A stretch of DNA of 60,237 bases, the filler included, from Squatina squatina (lineage: Eukaryota), in the NCBI GenBank assembly GCA_031763465.1. It is 3 parts of 3 records of this genome, joined end to end, with 100 filler letters (N's around TTAATTAATTAA, not from the genome) between each part and the next. Parts side by side here need not be neighbours in the genome. Positions count along the whole stretch, not along the records: positions 39,279 to 60,237 come from JARFOE010000001.1; 2 more parts are not named here. One strand, 5' to 3'. A program made the position numbers and the translations under genes. Within the stretch, counting starts at the first letter, position 1, and every line of letters begins with the position of its first letter. The notes under the pieces were generated by a model. The model was not told the origin of the DNA, ran no database searches, and was given only the letters and a program-made list of their open reading frames with translations. Below, in pieces: positions 58,971 through 60,237 of the stretch.

Positions 58971-59558
58971 CTACATCTTGTTACTTCCAGTGGGGAGCCA
59001 GCGTTGCTCCAGCGGAAAATCCTCCTCAGCATATTCAGAATAATTATTTGTGCATTTATGCTCGGTGAACTGGAGGCAGTCAGTGAAATCAGACTGCAGA
59101 TCATTGATATCATTCTCAACTGGGACATTGATTTGCCTTATGCTGTTACTGCAGAAGTGAGGTCTTTGACCCCAGTCTGACATGTGTGCATATGTGGTGT
59201 ATTTACAGCTGTCAGTAGGAATGATGCATCCCATAGCACCCATCATGGCTGAATTTGGATTGTAGACCCCGAGATGAGAGTTATCTTGATAATGTTGGTT
59301 GTGATGGTGGTGGTAATGCTCAAATACTGGACTATAAGCCATGCTTCGCACTGGACTGTGAGACGGGCTGTGGACCGGGCTGTGCGATGGACTGTGGGGC
59401 ATGGGACAGGTCACGAGACAGCTGTTCCTCCTGATGGTGCGGTGGATGTCCAGCTTTGCGATGAGCGGTTTGCCTACATCTACCTCTTTGGCTTCTTCTA
59501 CAGGTTCATCGAGTCCTTGGTACTGGTACCGAAGGTAAGCTGTGAACACCAGCCGCTC
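58971..59558 (-). CDS. MALT1: MALT1 paracaspase terminal coding exon (end of Ig3 and C-terminal tail)
   Basis: ttgtag| acceptor; ERLVFTAYLRYQYQGLDEPVEEAKEVDVGKPLIAKLDIHR matches human EHLVFTVCLSYQYSGLEDTVEDKQEVNVGKPLIAKLDMHR; stop TAG at 58971; upstream of ZNF532 on the same strand, as in human. Confidence 0.95.
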   Translation of the reverse strand, partial: ERLVFTAYLRYQYQGLDEPVEEAKEVDVGKPLIAKLDIHRTIRRNSCLVTCPMPHSPSHSPVHSPSHSPVRSMAYSPVFEHYHHHHNQHYQDNSHLGVYNPNSAMMGAMGCIIPTDSCKYTTYAHMSDWGQRPHFCSNSIRQINVPVENDINDLQSDFTDCLQFTEHKCTNNYSEYAEEDFPLEQRWLPTGSNKM

Positions 59559-60237
59559 CTACAACAGAAGAACATGAATTGAGATCCTTTTCTTCATTTT
59601 ATTTCAAGAAACTAAACACTACAAACAAATTACAAATTGAAGCAGGAAACTGGATAGCATTCAAAAATGTATAGCCTCGGAAAAAACATTTCTTAAAATT
59701 TAAAATAGAGAAGTGGTATGTTGATTTTCATACTGGTGTATATTCACAACATGGCATTTATAGCAGAGTATACTCTGGCAGCCTAATTGTATATTTGTAC
59801 AGTAATTTCATTTGTTACAGGTCCAAGGTGGACATGGGGTGGGGCAGCAGAGACAGACAGAGAAATAAACACGTCCTTGGGGCGCCTCCTGCTTTGCTGC
59901 TGTAACTTTGGCGGAAGATCGGCTGACATCCCACTTACTTGAGTTATGTAAACCTGCTAATGTTATGAAGTAATCAGAATACAGGCCTCCTGAAAAGGCT
60001 ACTATGTGAACAGGATATTACGCCATATTACAAAAAGGAGAATTGTTCAAATGAAGTATTATAACCGTGTGCCATGTTTTTCAAGTTGCAAAAAATGATA
60101 ATGGGTTGTGGTTGTTACAGCTTGAATGATATTATAATAAGGACATTTCTGGCAGAAAAACAAATGTTTAAATTCTGAGTTATATATATAGTGAACATCT
60201 GCATTCAAAGGGGGTCATTTTGACTTTGGGCAATAGT

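Overview
Eukaryotic (vertebrate) genomic DNA from a gappy draft assembly. The repeat content (Deu-domain SINEs, CR1/L2/Penelope/Vingi fragments, Harbinger-like elements) points to a cartilaginous fish (inference). Two artificial 100-bp spacers (44N-TTAATTAATTAA-44N at 22925-23024 and 39179-39278) split the window into three unrelated scaffolds. (1) 1-22924 is AT-rich and has no recognisable CDS; it holds several CNE/enhancer-like blocks and one candidate alternative exon. (2) 23025-39178 carries three spliced exons of SLC2A11 (GLUT11, +), exons of a second class-II GLUT paralog whose consecutive exons lie on opposite strands, and the last two coding exons of CIT (citron kinase, -). (3) 39279-60237 carries ZNF532 (three coding exons, -) and the last exon of MALT1 (-), the same order as human 18q21. 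The most notable observations are a Penelope-type minimal hammerhead ribozyme, an extra TRAF6-type motif in an extended MALT1 tail, a CIT terminal intron whose retention would remove the PDZ-binding motif, a divergent GLUT paralog, and a Vingi retrotransposon relic. Nothing here supports a prokaryote-style novel system. Gene and repeat-family calls come from recalled sequence similarity, not database searches, and repeat boundaries are approximate.
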